Source of the DNA: Eimeria praecox
Lineage: Eukaryota
Direction: 5' to 3'
DNA: 64,000 nucleotides
Assembly: GCA_963920595.1 (NCBI GenBank)
Contig: OY986950.1
Location: 3,038,001 to 3,102,000, forward strand
The notes beneath the pieces were generated by a model. It ran no database searches. It saw only the letters and a list, made by a program, of their open reading frames with translations, and was not told where the DNA came from. Each line of letters opens with the position of its first letter. Position 1 is the first letter of the stretch. The translations under genes were made by a program, and so were the position numbers. Shown here one piece after another: positions 1 to 16,224 of this stretch.

Positions 1-32
1 AGATTTTTGATCTTCTAGTCTGATGAAGCTCA

Positions 33-35
<3 letters not shown>

Positions 36-119
<84 letters not shown>

Positions 120-177
120 TACTATATTTATATTATATATATCATACAGATATTTGTTATATATGATATATATTTAG

Positions 178-219
<42 letters not shown>

Positions 220-303
220 GTATAAAGAGTTGTTTATATTCGATAGTATAATAAATATATATTTTATATTTAATATTATATACAGCATGTATAATATACA
301 ATG

Positions 304-374
<71 letters not shown>

Positions 375-815
375 TTAGAGAGAGAAGAGACAGAAAAGGA
401 GACATCACAACTTTCTGTCTGTCTCCTTTTCTGTCTCTCCTTCTGCTGTCTCGATCCCTTCTGCTGCTGCTGCTGTTGCTGCTGCAGCAACAGCAACAGC
501 AGCAGCAACAGCAGCAACAGCAGCAAGGGGAGACAGGAGACAGCAGGTGGTGTATGCATGTGGGCATACACCTGAAACTCCTGCAGCTACAACTGCAGCA
601 GACAGATTTATTATTTAATTATTATTTAAAAACATAATAATAAATAATAATAAATAATAATAAATAATAATAAATAATAATAAATAATAATAATAATAAA
701 TAATAGTAAATAATAATAAATAATAATAAATAATAATAAATAATAATAAATAATAATAAATAGTAATAAATATTATATTATTATATTTTTATTTATATAT
801 ATTTTAATTATTATT
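36..815. repeat. (TA)n and (TAAATAATAA)n AT-rich microsatellites
   Basis: Directly visible at 36-110, 180-217, 308-373 and 635-770. Confidence 0.95.
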
Positions 816-919
816 TAAGCTGTGCTGCAGCACACGATAGTAGTAAGCCCAGGTCTATCTATACTAGTCTGCAGCAACAGCAGCAACAACAGCAGCAGCA
901 ACAGCAGCAGCAACAGCAG

Positions 920-963
<44 letters not shown>

Positions 964-1038
964 GTGTGATAGGCAAATAGAATCAAAAAAAATATTCGTA
1001 GGGTTCATCCTGTTGCTGCTGCAGGTATTGCAGCACGT

Positions 1039-1078
<40 letters not shown>

Positions 1079-1248
1079 TTGCTGCTGCTGTAGTTGAGCT
1101 GCTGCAGTAGTTGCTGCTGCAGCTAGTTTATTCGATTGCTGCAGCAGCAGCAGCTGCTGCTGCTGCTGCTGCTGCTTCTTGCTCCGTCCCTGCTGCTGCA
1201 ACTACAAACAATTTCTCCTCGTGTTGCTGTTGCTGCTGCTGCTGTTGC

Positions 1249-1300
<52 letters not shown>

Positions 1301-1419
1301 AAAGCAGCTATCTGTACATCGGGACGGCTGTTCGAATGTTGCTGCTGCTGCTGCTGCTGTTGCTGCTGCTGTTGCTGCTGTTGCTGCTGCTGCTGCATCT
1401 CCTTCTACTGCTTGTCCTG

Positions 1420-1481
1420 CTACTTCCCCTGCATCTCCTTCTTCTGTTTTTCTTGCTGCTGCTGCTGCTGCTGCTGCTGCC

Positions 1482-1552
<71 letters not shown>

Positions 1553-1728
1553 AGCTGCAGGAACCAGTCAGGCTCCTTGAGCCAAGAAGGTTTATTAACA
1601 ATGTGGGGTAGCGCATGCATAGCAGGCGGAGAAGTATGTTTAATTGCAGCGTATAAATCTCTCCTGCATGCATCTAACTCATCTAATAACATTCTACAAA
1701 ATCGATCTCCTTCTTCTATTGTTGTTGT

Positions 1729-1772
<44 letters not shown>

Positions 1773-1889
1773 CTGCTGGTGCTGCTGGTGCTGCTGTTGC
1801 TGTTGATGATGTACGAAATGGTGAAAGAGAGGAAGAAACAGCATTAGGAGAATCTCCAGAACTCAAATCCTGCTGCTGCTGCTGCTGCT

Positions 1890-1926
<37 letters not shown>

Positions 1927-2205
1927 CTGTTCGTGCAGCAGCATCATCATCATATTATCGTTGCTGCATTGTAAATTAAATAGTTTAGCAAAATCAAAAC
2001 ACCGCCATCCGTCTGTCTCCTCACTAACTCGCTGCATGTGTTCAAGCCATAACCTGCTGCTTCTGCTGCTGCTGCGCTGCTGCTGCAGCAGCAATCCCAG
2101 CAGCAGCAGGCTATTAAATGCAACAGAGCCGTAAATTAATTTATGTTTTAGAGGAAGACTACCCCACACTATTCGGTAGCTTCGTAGATGCTGAGACATA
2201 CCCAT
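1420..2205 (-). CDS. Hypothetical protein (261 aa) with one N-proximal hydrophobic segment and poly-Q/poly-A inserts
   Basis: Uninterrupted ATG-to-stop ORF with non-repetitive protein-like blocks (YRIVWGSLPLKHKLIYGSVAFNSLLLLGLLL; WRCFDFAKLFN; FCRMLLDELDACRRDLYAAIKH; PHIVNKPSWLKEPDWF) separated by CAG-encoded homopolymers. No family recognised; the start may lie further upstream. Confidence 0.5.
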
Positions 2206-2577
2206 GGAAGGTGATGCTGTTGCTGCTGCTGCTGCTGCTGTTGCTGCTGTTGCTGCTGCTGCTGTTGCTGCTGCTGCTGGTGGTGGTGATGCTGTTGCTG
2301 CTGCTGCTGGTGGTGATGCTCTTGCTGCTGCTGGTGCTGATGCTGCTGCTGTTGCTGCTGGTGCTGTTGCTGCTGCTGCTGGGAGCGGGGATATCGAGGT
2401 AGTTGCTGCTTCGCAGCATAATCAAGCAGTGCAGCACTGCAACAGCAGCAACAGCAGCAGCAGCAGCAGCAGCAGTTGCTGCTGCTGCTGCTGTTGGTGG
2501 TTGTGACCGAGTAGACCTCTCTTTGGTCCTGCGCACAGAGTCAGAGTCCGTGCCGCTGCTGCTGCTGCTGTTGCTGC

Positions 2578-2615
<38 letters not shown>

Positions 2616-2643
2616 TTGTGGCTATGTCTTCTGCAGCTAGTGA

Positions 2644-2674
<31 letters not shown>

Positions 2675-2759
2675 TTAGTGCTGCTGCTGCGGGGCGTTTG
2701 TCAGCAGCTAACAACAGCAGCAGCTTCAACACAAAGAAATAATAAAAACAATTAAAACC

Positions 2760-2792
<33 letters not shown>

Positions 2793-2990
2793 ACAGCAGT
2801 AAGAGCGTAGTAGGCAGCAGCAGCAAATAAGATATGTTAGTTGCAGCAGCACTTAACTATATTTATAATATATAAAATATTATAAATATTATTTAATATT
2901 ATATTTCTCTTCAGAATAAACAAAAGAATGAAGAAGAAGTTGCTGCTGTGTCTGTGTAGTAGCCGCTGCTGCTCATAGCAGCAGCAGCAT

Positions 2991-3023
<33 letters not shown>

Positions 3024-3028
3024 GCAGC

Positions 3029-3062
<34 letters not shown>

Positions 3063-3168
3063 AGAGGCACAGCAGCAGCAAAAGGGTATATAAGAAGCAT
3101 TTAGTATTTTCGTTGAATATATTAGAAGTAGATACACCGCAGCCTCTGCTGCATTTGTCTCCACGCCT

Positions 3169-3204
<36 letters not shown>

Positions 3205-3881
3205 TAGTAGTAGCTGCAGCAGCAGCAGCAGCAGCAGCAACGGCCCCTCTGCGGCATTTGCTGCTGTGTCTAGCTGCGTCTTGCTGCTGATTGTTGGTTG
3301 TTTGATATATTTTAATTGCTCTACGAAAGCTGCTTCACAGCAGCAGCAGCAGCAGCAGCTGCAGCAGCAGCAGCAGCTGCAGCAGCAGCAGAGCCGCGGC
3401 CACAGCCGCACAGGCTGGGAGAAGGCATGAGATTGCTGCTGCATCTGCTGGCGTTGCAGCAGCAGCAAGAGCAGCAGAAGCAAGAGCAGCAAGAGCAGCA
3501 GCAGCAGCAGCAAGAGCAGCAGCAGCAGCAAGAGCAGCAGCAGCAGCAGCAACAACAGCAGGAGACATAGGGCGGCCGTCGGATGTGCCCGTGTGTTTGG
3601 TGTCTCTTTGCTTCAGGGATATTCTGCAGCAACAGCAGCAGCAGCAGGAGCAGCAGCAGCAGCAGCAGGAAGAGCAACAGCAGCAGCAGCACCAGCAGCA
3701 AGAGCAGCAGCAGCAGCAGCTGCAACAGCAATAGAAGAAGAATCCTATAAACATGATATACTACAAGATTGAGAGGTATTGCTATATATTTGCTGTTTAG
3801 ATATATTATATTATTATTTGTTATATTTGTCTCTGTTAATCTATCTGTCTCTTCTTCTATCTATCTATCTATTTATTTATA

Positions 3882-3917
<36 letters not shown>

Positions 3918-4283
3918 ATCTGTCTCTAATTATTTATTCTGTCTGTCTCTTCATCTCTTTATTTATTTGTTTTCCTCTGTCTCCTGTCTCCTCCTCGCTG
4001 TCTCCTCCTGTCTGTCTCCCTGCCATCGAGCTGCAGCTGCCGCCAGGCGGCTCTCCTGCTGCTGCAGCAGCTGCTGCTGCAGCAGCAGCAACAACAACCC
4101 CACCCCCACCACCACCAACACCACCACCGCCCCAACCAGCAGCAGCAGCAGCTGCAGCAGCAGCAGCAGCAGCAACTGCAGCAGCAGCAGCAGGAGCAGG
4201 TGTATCTCCTCTTCCTCCTCACCCCCAACTACCACCACCACCACCACCACCACCACCACCACCACCATCAGCAGCAGCACCAT

Positions 4284-4321
<38 letters not shown>

Positions 4322-4325
4322 CCAT

Positions 4326-4360
<35 letters not shown>

Positions 4361-4368
4361 GGAGGAGG

Positions 4369-4526
4369 ATGGTGTACTTAGTAGAATACAGAGGAGACGG
4401 AGTAGCTGTGAGGAGATGGAGGCTGTCTCCGGGGAGTTGTTATTCTGTCGGGAGACACGAGAGCTGCAGCATCGTTATACCCCACATATCGATATCAAGG
4501 AGACATGCTTTGCTGCTGCTTAAGCC

Positions 4527-4564
<38 letters not shown>

Positions 4565-4741
4565 GGGTGCAGCTGTATGAGTTAGGTGCTATTAATGGTA
4601 CTTGCGTTAATGGGAAGAAGATAAGAAGTAATTGTGTTGTTGATTTGGATGAAGGAGACAAAATCGATTTCGGAGAAAATCATCATACATTCAAAATCAT
4701 ACTCGGTAAGCTGCTGCTGCTGTTGCTGTTGCTGCTGTTGC

Positions 4742-4773
<32 letters not shown>

Positions 4774-4982
4774 GTGGTGGTGGTGGTGGTGGTGGTGGTG
4801 GTGATGGTGGTGTTTGTGGTGGTGGGGGTTGGGGTGGTGGTGTTGGTGCTGCTGCTGTTGATGCTGCTGGTGTTGCTGCTGCTGATGATGTTGTTGTTGT
4901 TGCTGCTGCTGTTGCTGCTGCTGGTGTTGCTGCTGCTGCTGTTGTCTGTGCTGCTGCTGTTGGATGCTGTTGGCTCTGCTGT

Positions 4983-5014
<32 letters not shown>

Positions 5015-5090
5015 ACGGGGGAGAGAGGGAAGAGGACAGCGATGGTAGCGGCGATGGCGGTAAGAGGATTTGTGGGCTTGTGCTGCTGCT

Positions 5091-5124
<34 letters not shown>

Positions 5125-5289
5125 GTGTGTGAGTGTCTCCTTTCTGTCGCCCTCTGCTGTCTCCTTGTGGTGTACGTACAGCTGACTCGCATCAGAGCGA
5201 GTTAGAGGAGCAGCGGCCGCGAAGCTGTTCGCCTCCTCCTGCTGCTGCTGCTGCTGCAGAGAGGAGACGATCCCGATCCCCACACAGAC

Positions 5290-5332
<43 letters not shown>

Positions 5333-5544
5333 GCACGCGGAGGGGACAAAGAGGGATGTAGCTGAGGCGACAACAACTTCGAGGAAGCGCAGCAGAAGCC
5401 CTGGTAGAGACAGAGGCTCCAAATCTGCTGCTACTGTTGCTTCTGCTGCTGCTGCTGCAGCAGCAGCAGCAGAAGACACAGCAGCAGCAGACCGGGGAGG
5501 AGGCAACAAGCCCCTCTATATGAGGATGAGCACCCAAGCAGCTG

Positions 5545-5583
<39 letters not shown>

Positions 5584-5692
5584 ATGGAAGGCGCCGCAGC
5601 CGCTGGACGCGTCGTTCGTCTTCCCCCGAATCGATAACAGGCAGCAGCAGCAGCAAGAGCAGCAGCAGCAAGAGCAGCAGCAGCAGCAGCAG

Positions 5693-5731
<39 letters not shown>

Positions 5732-5854
5732 GCGTCAGACATCAGAGTCAGACGAAGGCCTAAATAGCTTATTATTGAAGCTAGCTGAAGCGAAGAAGAA
5801 GAGAGAAACAGAGAAAGAGCAACAACGAATACACGAGCAAGCAGCAGCAGCAGC

Positions 5855-5885
<31 letters not shown>

Positions 5886-6101
5886 AATGCTGCAGCAGCA
5901 AACGTAGCTGTCATCAATGCTGCTCTTGCAAATGTTGCTGCTGCAGCAGCAGCAGCAGCAGTAGCACCAGGGATAGCTGTTGGTGCTCCCGGCCTCCCAG
6001 CAGCAGCAACAGCAGCAACAGCAGCAGCAGCAGCAGCAGGGGGCTCAGGTCTAAGCATCCAAGAGAAGCGGCGTTTGTTATGGGGTAAGAAGAAGCCTAG
6101 C

Positions 6102-6135
<34 letters not shown>

Positions 6136-6170
6136 CACAGCAGCAGACACAGCAGCAGCAAGACCCCCAC

Positions 6171-6211
<41 letters not shown>

Positions 6212-6357
6212 GCAAGACAGCGAGGTGTCTCCAGACCCAAATAAATATTCTCTCTCCTTCGGTAGCGATGCAGAGAAGAAGATGAAGTTCTTCAAACTCA
6301 TGGGACATAAGGCAGATGCTGCTGCTGCTCTTACAGCAGAAAATGTTGCTGCTGTAA

Positions 6358-6423
<66 letters not shown>

Positions 6424-6654
6424 TAGATACAGCCGTTGCTGCAGCAGGAAGCTGGTGCAGGAGTGTTTCTAGGGTTTAGGGTGTGTAGGGTATCTCGGGT
6501 TTAGGGTTTAGGGTTTAGGGTTTGGGGTGTATGTGCAGCCTGTGGAGGGCCACTTAGACCCGACAGAGAGACAGAGAATAAATTGTGAGTTGGAGCTCCA
6601 ATACTATCAGGGGATTAGGAGAAAAGACGGGAGAAAGACAGGATTAGGTTTGTA

Positions 6655-6655
<1 letters not shown>
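4369..6655 (+). CDS. FHA-domain protein with an RS/low-complexity middle and an RSRC2/SMAP-like C-terminus; exons 4369-4705, 5182-6353, 6539-6655
   Basis: FHA motifs VGR, SISRRH and INGT in exon 1. EKRRLLWGKKK and FGSDAEKKMKFFKLMG resemble the SMAP/RSRC2 domain. Last exon reads NCELELQYYQGIRRKDGRKTGLGL*. GTAAG donors at 4706 and 6354, with consistent phases. Confidence 0.85.
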
Positions 6656-6692
<37 letters not shown>

Positions 6693-6938
6693 AGAGGGAG
6701 GAGGAAGAGCAGGGACACCAACAGCAGCAGCAGCAGCAGCAGCAAGGGTTGCTGCAGTGCTAGCTGCAGATGCTGATGCTTATGTTGAACATGAGAAACA
6801 TTTATATGCTGCTACCAGCTAGCTAGCTAGCCAGCTAGCTAGCTAGCTAGCTAGCTAGCTGCTGTTGCTGCTGCCGCCCGTTGTTGCTGCTGCTGTCTAT
6901 ATCACAAGCAGCAGGAACAGCAGCAATAGCAGCAGCCA

Positions 6939-6977
<39 letters not shown>

Positions 6978-7144
6978 GTAGATTACTTGCTGCAGCAGCA
7001 CAGGGCGCAGCTGGCCACCCGCTGAGGTGTACGTACACCTAAGAGACAGGAGACAGTTTCAGAGTGTATGATTTCTATACTTTGTTTGTCTTTGTGTCTT
7101 TGTCTCTGATTTATTTATTGTTGTTTTTGTATCTAGTCGTGTCT

Positions 7145-9220
<2,076 letters not shown>

Positions 9221-9457
9221 ACAAGAAACAACTAGAGGAGACAGAAGAGAGACGTAGGGCGAGCTAAGCCCTCAGCTGCTGCTGCAGCAAACAGCTGCCG
9301 TTGCAGAAGGAGACAGGTGTTACAGCAGCAGCAGCAGCAGCTGCTGCTGCTGCTGCTGCTGCATGCGTCTGTTCACCTTACCCTGGGGGGTTAGCTGAGG
9401 TGTCTCCTTCTGTCTCCTCTTATCGTCCCTAGCATTAACTGTCTCCTCAGGAGAGAC

Positions 9458-9511
<54 letters not shown>

Positions 9512-9604
9512 AAATTCTGCTACAGTGTTGCCTGAGCTGCTGCTGCTGTCGGAGACAGCTGGGAGTGAGCAAGGAGACAGTTATTCTAATAACTTCTATG
9601 TATC

Positions 9605-9653
<49 letters not shown>

Positions 9654-9802
9654 CTACTTGATGCAGCACATACTCTGAAACTCTTGTTATAATTTTAAAA
9701 ATATAAAACAGCAGAAGCAGCAGCAAGTGCAGCAGCAGCAGGTGCAGCAGCAGCAGCAGCAGTAGAAGCAGCAGCAGTAGCAGCAGTAGAAGCAGCAGCA
9801 GT

Positions 9803-9833
<31 letters not shown>

Positions 9834-10032
9834 GCAGCAAATACAGCTATCGTGCTAAAGGGTTGCTGCCATCGTGCTGCCTGTGGGGAGGAGAGTAAGC
9901 TGTGGTTGTTTTAATATTGTAGTTAGAAAATTAGGGTGTCTGTACACCTCGAATGTTGCAGCACTTGAGGTGTCTATACACCTCAAAGTATTAGTAAGCT
10001 AAAGAAGAAACAGCAGGAGGAGTCCGTATTAA

Positions 10033-10098
<66 letters not shown>

Positions 10099-10912
10099 CG
10101 TGGTAAAGTTGCAGCAGCAGCAGCACCGAGCATTTATAGGGTAGAGTGTGTGTGTTATAGTATAAAATAAAGTCTAAATATAAAATAAATAATATATATA
10201 TATAAATATAGAATAATAATAAAATAATATTAAAATTAAATATTTAATATAGAATAAAAACCATAAAAAACATAATAAATTATACAACACGCACGGCTGC
10301 GACGGTGGAGGGCTTCTTGAGGTGTATGTACACCTCAGCACATACACAGGCTAGGCTGCGCGGTGTTGTGAGTGCTACAGCATATAATGGTGTTTATGAG
10401 GCTTGAACAGATAAGAAAAGGTTTGATATGAATATAATTATAATATATATTTGTTTTTATACATTAAAAGTGCAAAAAAACCAATTAACAACAACAAAAA
10501 ACACTAAAATAACACACTAGAGCTGCCTGTACACCTGAAGAGAGGGTTGTTGTTATTGTTGTTATTGTTGTTGCTGTTATTGTTGTTGTTGTTATTATTG
10601 TTGTTGTTATTGTTGTTTTTCTTCTATATTTTATGGTTTTTTCTTCTTTCTCTTCTTAATTTATATTATTTTTAATATTATTTGTCCGTATAATCCTCCA
10701 TTCTATCTCTAAACGACTCATAAACAGCCTTTCTACCACAGTAGCAGTATATGCTGCAGCTCTATCCTGCAGATCTGCGAGCCCTTCTACTGTCTCTTTT
10801 GTTGTCTCCTCTTCTGTCTCCTCTCTCTTTTCATTTCATATATTTCTGGGGGCTATTGCTGCAGCAGCGCCAGCCCTAACTCGAGTGTATCTCCATTGCC
10901 TCCTCCTCTTGT

Positions 10913-10947
<35 letters not shown>

Positions 10948-11226
10948 CTTTGGCTGTGGATATAGCTGCTGCTGCTGCGCAACGTAGCAGCACATTATCC
11001 CCTGCAGCAGCAGCAGCAGCAGCAGCACATCTTACTTGAGCTGCAGCAGCAGATAGTGCTGCTGCATCTTCCTTCTGTGGGGCCACCCGCACCAGGCGAG
11101 GTCTTTGCTGCTGGCAGCAGCAGCTCGTGCTGCTGCTGCTGCTGCTGCTGCTAGTGCGGGTTGCTGCTGCAGCAGCTCTGAAGGGATTAGGATATTGCTG
11201 GGTAGGACAGTGCCTGCTATCAATCT

Positions 11227-11271
<45 letters not shown>

Positions 11272-11322
11272 AGCAGCAGCAGCAGCAGCAACAGCAAGCT
11301 AAACGTTGCTGCAGGTGTCTCC

Positions 11323-11696
11323 ATGGCAGCAGCTGCTGCAGAACCCGAAACAACTGCTGCCGCCGCAGGGGATGCTGCATCAGCAGCAGACACAGCAGCA
11401 GCAGTAGCAGCACCACCAACAGCAACAGCAGCAACAGCAGCAGCAACAGCAGCAGCAACAGCACCAGACACGGCAGCACCAGCAGCAGCAGCAGCAGCAG
11501 CAGAGACAGCCGTTCAATTGCCAGTTCAGGCGACGCAGCAGGAGACCGTCTCTCTACAGCAGCCAGCAGCAGCAGCACCAGCAGCAGCAGCACCAGCAGC
11601 AGCAGCAGCAGCGCCAGCAGCAGCAGCAGCTGCTGGAGGGCTTGCTGCTTCCTTCACGCAGCACACAGCAGCAGCAGGAAGCAATGAAAGCCCTGC

Positions 11697-11730
<34 letters not shown>

Positions 11731-11823
11731 GATGCTCCAGTCCCAACCGAAGAGCAGCAAAGTGCTGCTGCTGCTGCTGTGGCGCTGGCAGGAGAGCTGA
11801 AGCTGCCCCTGGTAAGGAACACT

Positions 11824-11881
<58 letters not shown>

Positions 11882-12020
11882 GCAGCAGTAGTTGCAGCAA
11901 TAGGAGCACGAGTAGTGTCATCACATTGTCATACAGTAGGTTTCCTTGAGTTTATTCTTTTTGCTGCTGCTGGTCGTGTTGCTGTTTTTGCTGCTGCTGC
12001 TGTTCTTGCTGCTGCTGCTC

Positions 12021-12059
<39 letters not shown>

Positions 12060-13101
12060 CAGGTTGCTTCGTACTTGAGGGGTATTGGCCTTGGCTCTCT
12101 GTCTATCGACGATTTACCTTCACCGCCCTGCAGCACAATATCTTCTGCTTCTTCTTCTCCTACTGCTGTTGCTGCTAGTAAGCAGCACGCAGCAGCAGCA
12201 GCTGCTGCTGCTGCTGCAGCAGCAGCTGCTGCTGCTACTACTACACCTGCAGGACCCCCATATCTTGACCTAGGACAGCAAGCTGCTGCAGCAGCAGCAG
12301 CAACAGCAGCAGCAGTAAACCCCTTCCCTGCTCTGGCTTTGGGTTTAGGCCCGAGGCTTCCTACGCTGCAGCAGCAGCCAACAGCAGCAGCAGCAGCTGC
12401 TGCTGCTGCTGCTGCTGCAGCAGCAGCAGCACAAGTTGATCCCTTACAGCAGCAGCAGCAGCAGCAGCAACTGGTGCTGCAGCGGCAGCAGCTGCTGCTG
12501 GCGTTTGCTAACCAACACCATCAGATGTTGGGGGCGTTGCATCAGTTGGGTGTGAGTCCTGCTGCAGCAGCAGATGCAGCAGCAGCAGCAGCAGCAGCAG
12601 ATGCAGCAGCAGCAGCAGATGCTGCTGCTGCTTCCATAGCAGCAACATCATCCCTTGGGGGATGTGGGGGGACAGTGCTACAGACAGAGGCAGCAGCAAA
12701 CTGCAGCAACCTTATTGCTGGGAGTCGTTTTGCTGCTGCAGCAGCAGCAGCTCCAGCTAGCACTGCAGCAGCAACAGCAGCAGTTGCTGCAGCAGCAGCA
12801 GCAGCAGGTGCAACATCGCTCCCAGCGATCCCACCCCACATCGCGGGGTTTGATGCGGGGTTGTGTGTCCCTCAGCTGCAGCCGCTGCCATGCAGCAGCA
12901 GCAGCAGCAGCAGCAATGTTACTTCTCTCTTTGGATCCGGGGACCCCGCTGCTGCTGCTGCTGCTGCTGCAGCAGCAGCAGCAGCAGCAGGAGCAGCAGC
13001 AGGAGGGGGGCTAAGCAGCTGTCTCCCTGGTTATGCTTCGGTGTGTATGGATGGCCTCGCTCTTCCTAACGATATGTCTCTGTGTGGGGCTGCACCATCA
13101 A

Positions 13102-13140
<39 letters not shown>

Positions 13141-13268
13141 ATGTAGGATGCGGTTCTTTAAAAGGTGTAGTGCGGCCTGCAGCAGCAGCAGCAGCAACAA
13201 CTATCTCCCCCACGCCTCCTCCTCATACTCCTTCGTCTGCCGCATCAACAGCAGCATCAACAACAGCA

Positions 13269-13305
<37 letters not shown>

Positions 13306-13452
13306 TATCACAAACCCCTCTCGCTCCCCCCTCCACCGCACAACCAACTCCCGCAGCAACTCCGTCTCCAGCAACCCCACAACCGCCCCCAACAACACCA
13401 TCAACACCATCAGCATCAGCAGCATCAGCAGCATCAGCAGCATCAGCAGCAT

Positions 13453-13488
<36 letters not shown>

Positions 13489-13705
13489 GAGGAGGAGGAG
13501 GGGGTTCTACAAGCTGTCTCCCCAAGAAGTACAGTGGGGTATGGTTTGATCCGCAGCAGAATTGCTGGAGGGCTTCATGGGTTTGTGCTGCAACAGGGAA
13601 GAGAAGATTTAGGTATTTCTCCGCTGTTAAGTTTGGACATGAGAGAGCGTTGAAGCTAGCAAGACAAACCAAAGAAAGGGCTTTAGAGAGAAAGAAGGTT
13701 AAGGC

Positions 13706-13756
<51 letters not shown>

Positions 13757-13852
13757 GCAGCAGATGCTGCATATGCAACAACTTAGTTTGCAGCAAGAAA
13801 GTTTTGTTAAGACAGAGACACGGGAAACGCAGCAGCAGCAGCAGCAACAGCA

Positions 13853-13893
<41 letters not shown>

Positions 13894-13967
13894 TGCAGAT
13901 GGTGTCTCTGCAGCAGCAGCATATCGCGCCTCCAGGTCCCTTCCCTGAGATAAAGAGTCAAACGCCT

Positions 13968-14000
<33 letters not shown>

Positions 14001-14570
14001 GCAACAGCAACAGCAGCAACAGCAGCAGCTTCTGAAGACAGTACAACAACTGCAACAGCAGCAACAGCAGCAACAGCACCAGGAGACTGTGGGGCCCCAC
14101 ACTTGCCCTGTCCCAACAACACCAACAACCACAACAACAACAGCAGCAGCAGCAGCAGCAGCACGAACACCTCCTCAGCATCATCAATTGCTGTCTCTTC
14201 CTCTCCCCCCACCCCCACTACCGCCAGCAACAACAACAGCAGCAGCAGCAGCAACAGCAGCAACAGCAGCAGCAGCAGCACCAGCAGCAGCAGCAGCAGC
14301 AGCAACAACTGTCCCACAGATGTCTTGAAGGTTCCAGGTGTATATTATGATGGAGTGAGGAAGATATGGCGAGCATTCTGGCATGAAGGAGGTAAGCGTA
14401 TAATTAGGTACTTCACTGTTAATAAACACGGATATAGAAAAGCACATCTACTTGCTCTCTTGACTAGAAAGAGAGCTGCAGAGACACTACAAATGCAGAG
14501 AAGAAGAAGTAGAGACAGACAACATCAACAACAAATCGTTAGTATGGTCATGATGCAGCAGCAGCAGCAA

Positions 14571-14602
<32 letters not shown>

Positions 14603-14987
14603 GGGAGAAGGAGAAGGCACAGAACAGCAGCATATGATGCTGTTGATGCAGCAGCAGCAGCAGCAGCAGAGAGGTATGAAGTATAGTCAGAAGGGGAGAG
14701 GAGATTCAAGGATACAGATAAATGTTAAGGGAGACGATCCTGCTGCTGCTGCTGCTGCAGCAGCAGCAGCAGCAGCAGCAGGCAGCAGCAGCAAACATAG
14801 TAGATACTACTCCTCGCATGCAGAGACACACTATGATCTAGCCAATGCTCGTCTAGAGAAGGCTCTCGAACAGATACAACAAATAGAAGAGAGAGAAGCT
14901 GCTGCTGCTGCTGCTGCAGCAGCAGCAGCAGCAGCAGGAGGAGCAGCACAGCCTACAACAGATGCCCCGCATGCAGCTACTAACTGC

Positions 14988-15018
<31 letters not shown>

Positions 15019-15083
15019 TTGAAGGTCAAGGAATGGCGTCTGAAGCAGCAGGAGGTAGCAGTCGTTCTTCTACTACTACTACC

Positions 15084-15132
<49 letters not shown>

Positions 15133-15325
15133 GAGCAGGAGGAGGAGGGTGTTGTGGGGCGAGCGGTAGAGTTGATTATTTAGAGAGAGTAGCACAGCTT
15201 CCTGTAGAGCCACAAGTACGATGGTCTGAAGCCCTAAAGGCCTGGGTTGTTATAGCAGCAGAAGAAGAAGATGCTGCTGCTGCTGCTGCAGCAGCAGCAG
15301 CAGCAACAGCAACAGCAGCAACACC

Positions 15326-15356
<31 letters not shown>

Positions 15357-15507
15357 TCTAGATGTTTTGTGGACTCGAGTGCATGTATATTGAAAGTGTT
15401 CCCAATACGTAAATTTGGTTTTAGAGTAGCAAGAGAACGAGCAGTGGAGTGGAGGGAGAAGAGAAGATCAAACCTGCTGCAGTCAGAGACAAATAGTAGG
15501 AGAATCA

Positions 15508-15571
<64 letters not shown>

Positions 15572-15746
15572 CAGCAACAGACAGCAGCAGGTGAGCTGCA
15601 GCAGAGGGAATGCTGTTGAGATTTATCTTGTTGTTGCTGCTGTTGATGATGATGATGATGATGATGATGATGTTTTAGATGTTGCTGCTGCTGCTGCTGC
15701 TGCTTGTGATGCTGCTGCTCGTGTTGCTGCTGTTTTTGCTGCTGCA

Positions 15747-15785
<39 letters not shown>

Positions 15786-16108
15786 TCTGTCCTTATGATG
15801 TTGTGTGAGTGCTTTGTTTGTTTTGTTTATTTGCTGCTGCAGATGGTGTTCGATCCAGTAGGCTTCGCGGCTCCAGCAGCAGCAGCAGCAGCAGCAACAC
15901 CAGGTGGAGCTGCTGCTGCTGCTGCTGCAGCAGCAGCAGCTGCTGCTGCTGCTGCTGTGTCCCCCAGTTATTCTACGAGCACATGCGCATCAACACCGAG
16001 CCCCTCGGCGTCTCCTGCTGCTGCTGTAGTGTCTGCAGCAGCAGGAGCAGCAGCAGCAGCAGGAGCAGCAGCAGCAGCAAGTATGGGAGGCGAACTGTGG
16101 AACCCTAT

Positions 16109-16149
<41 letters not shown>

Positions 16150-16192
16150 AGCGTACTGCAGCAGGTGCTCTCATGGGTGCCCCCTACGACAA

Positions 16193-16224
<32 letters not shown>

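Noticed and set aside
1561..2210. Plus-strand exon-like pieces (NQSGSLSQEGLLTMWGSACIAGGE|GT; SRKLIYVLEEDYPTLFGSFVDAETYPWK|GT)
   Set aside because: They are antisense to a continuous, more protein-like minus ORF and could not be joined into a gene. Not fully excluded without stranded RNA-seq.
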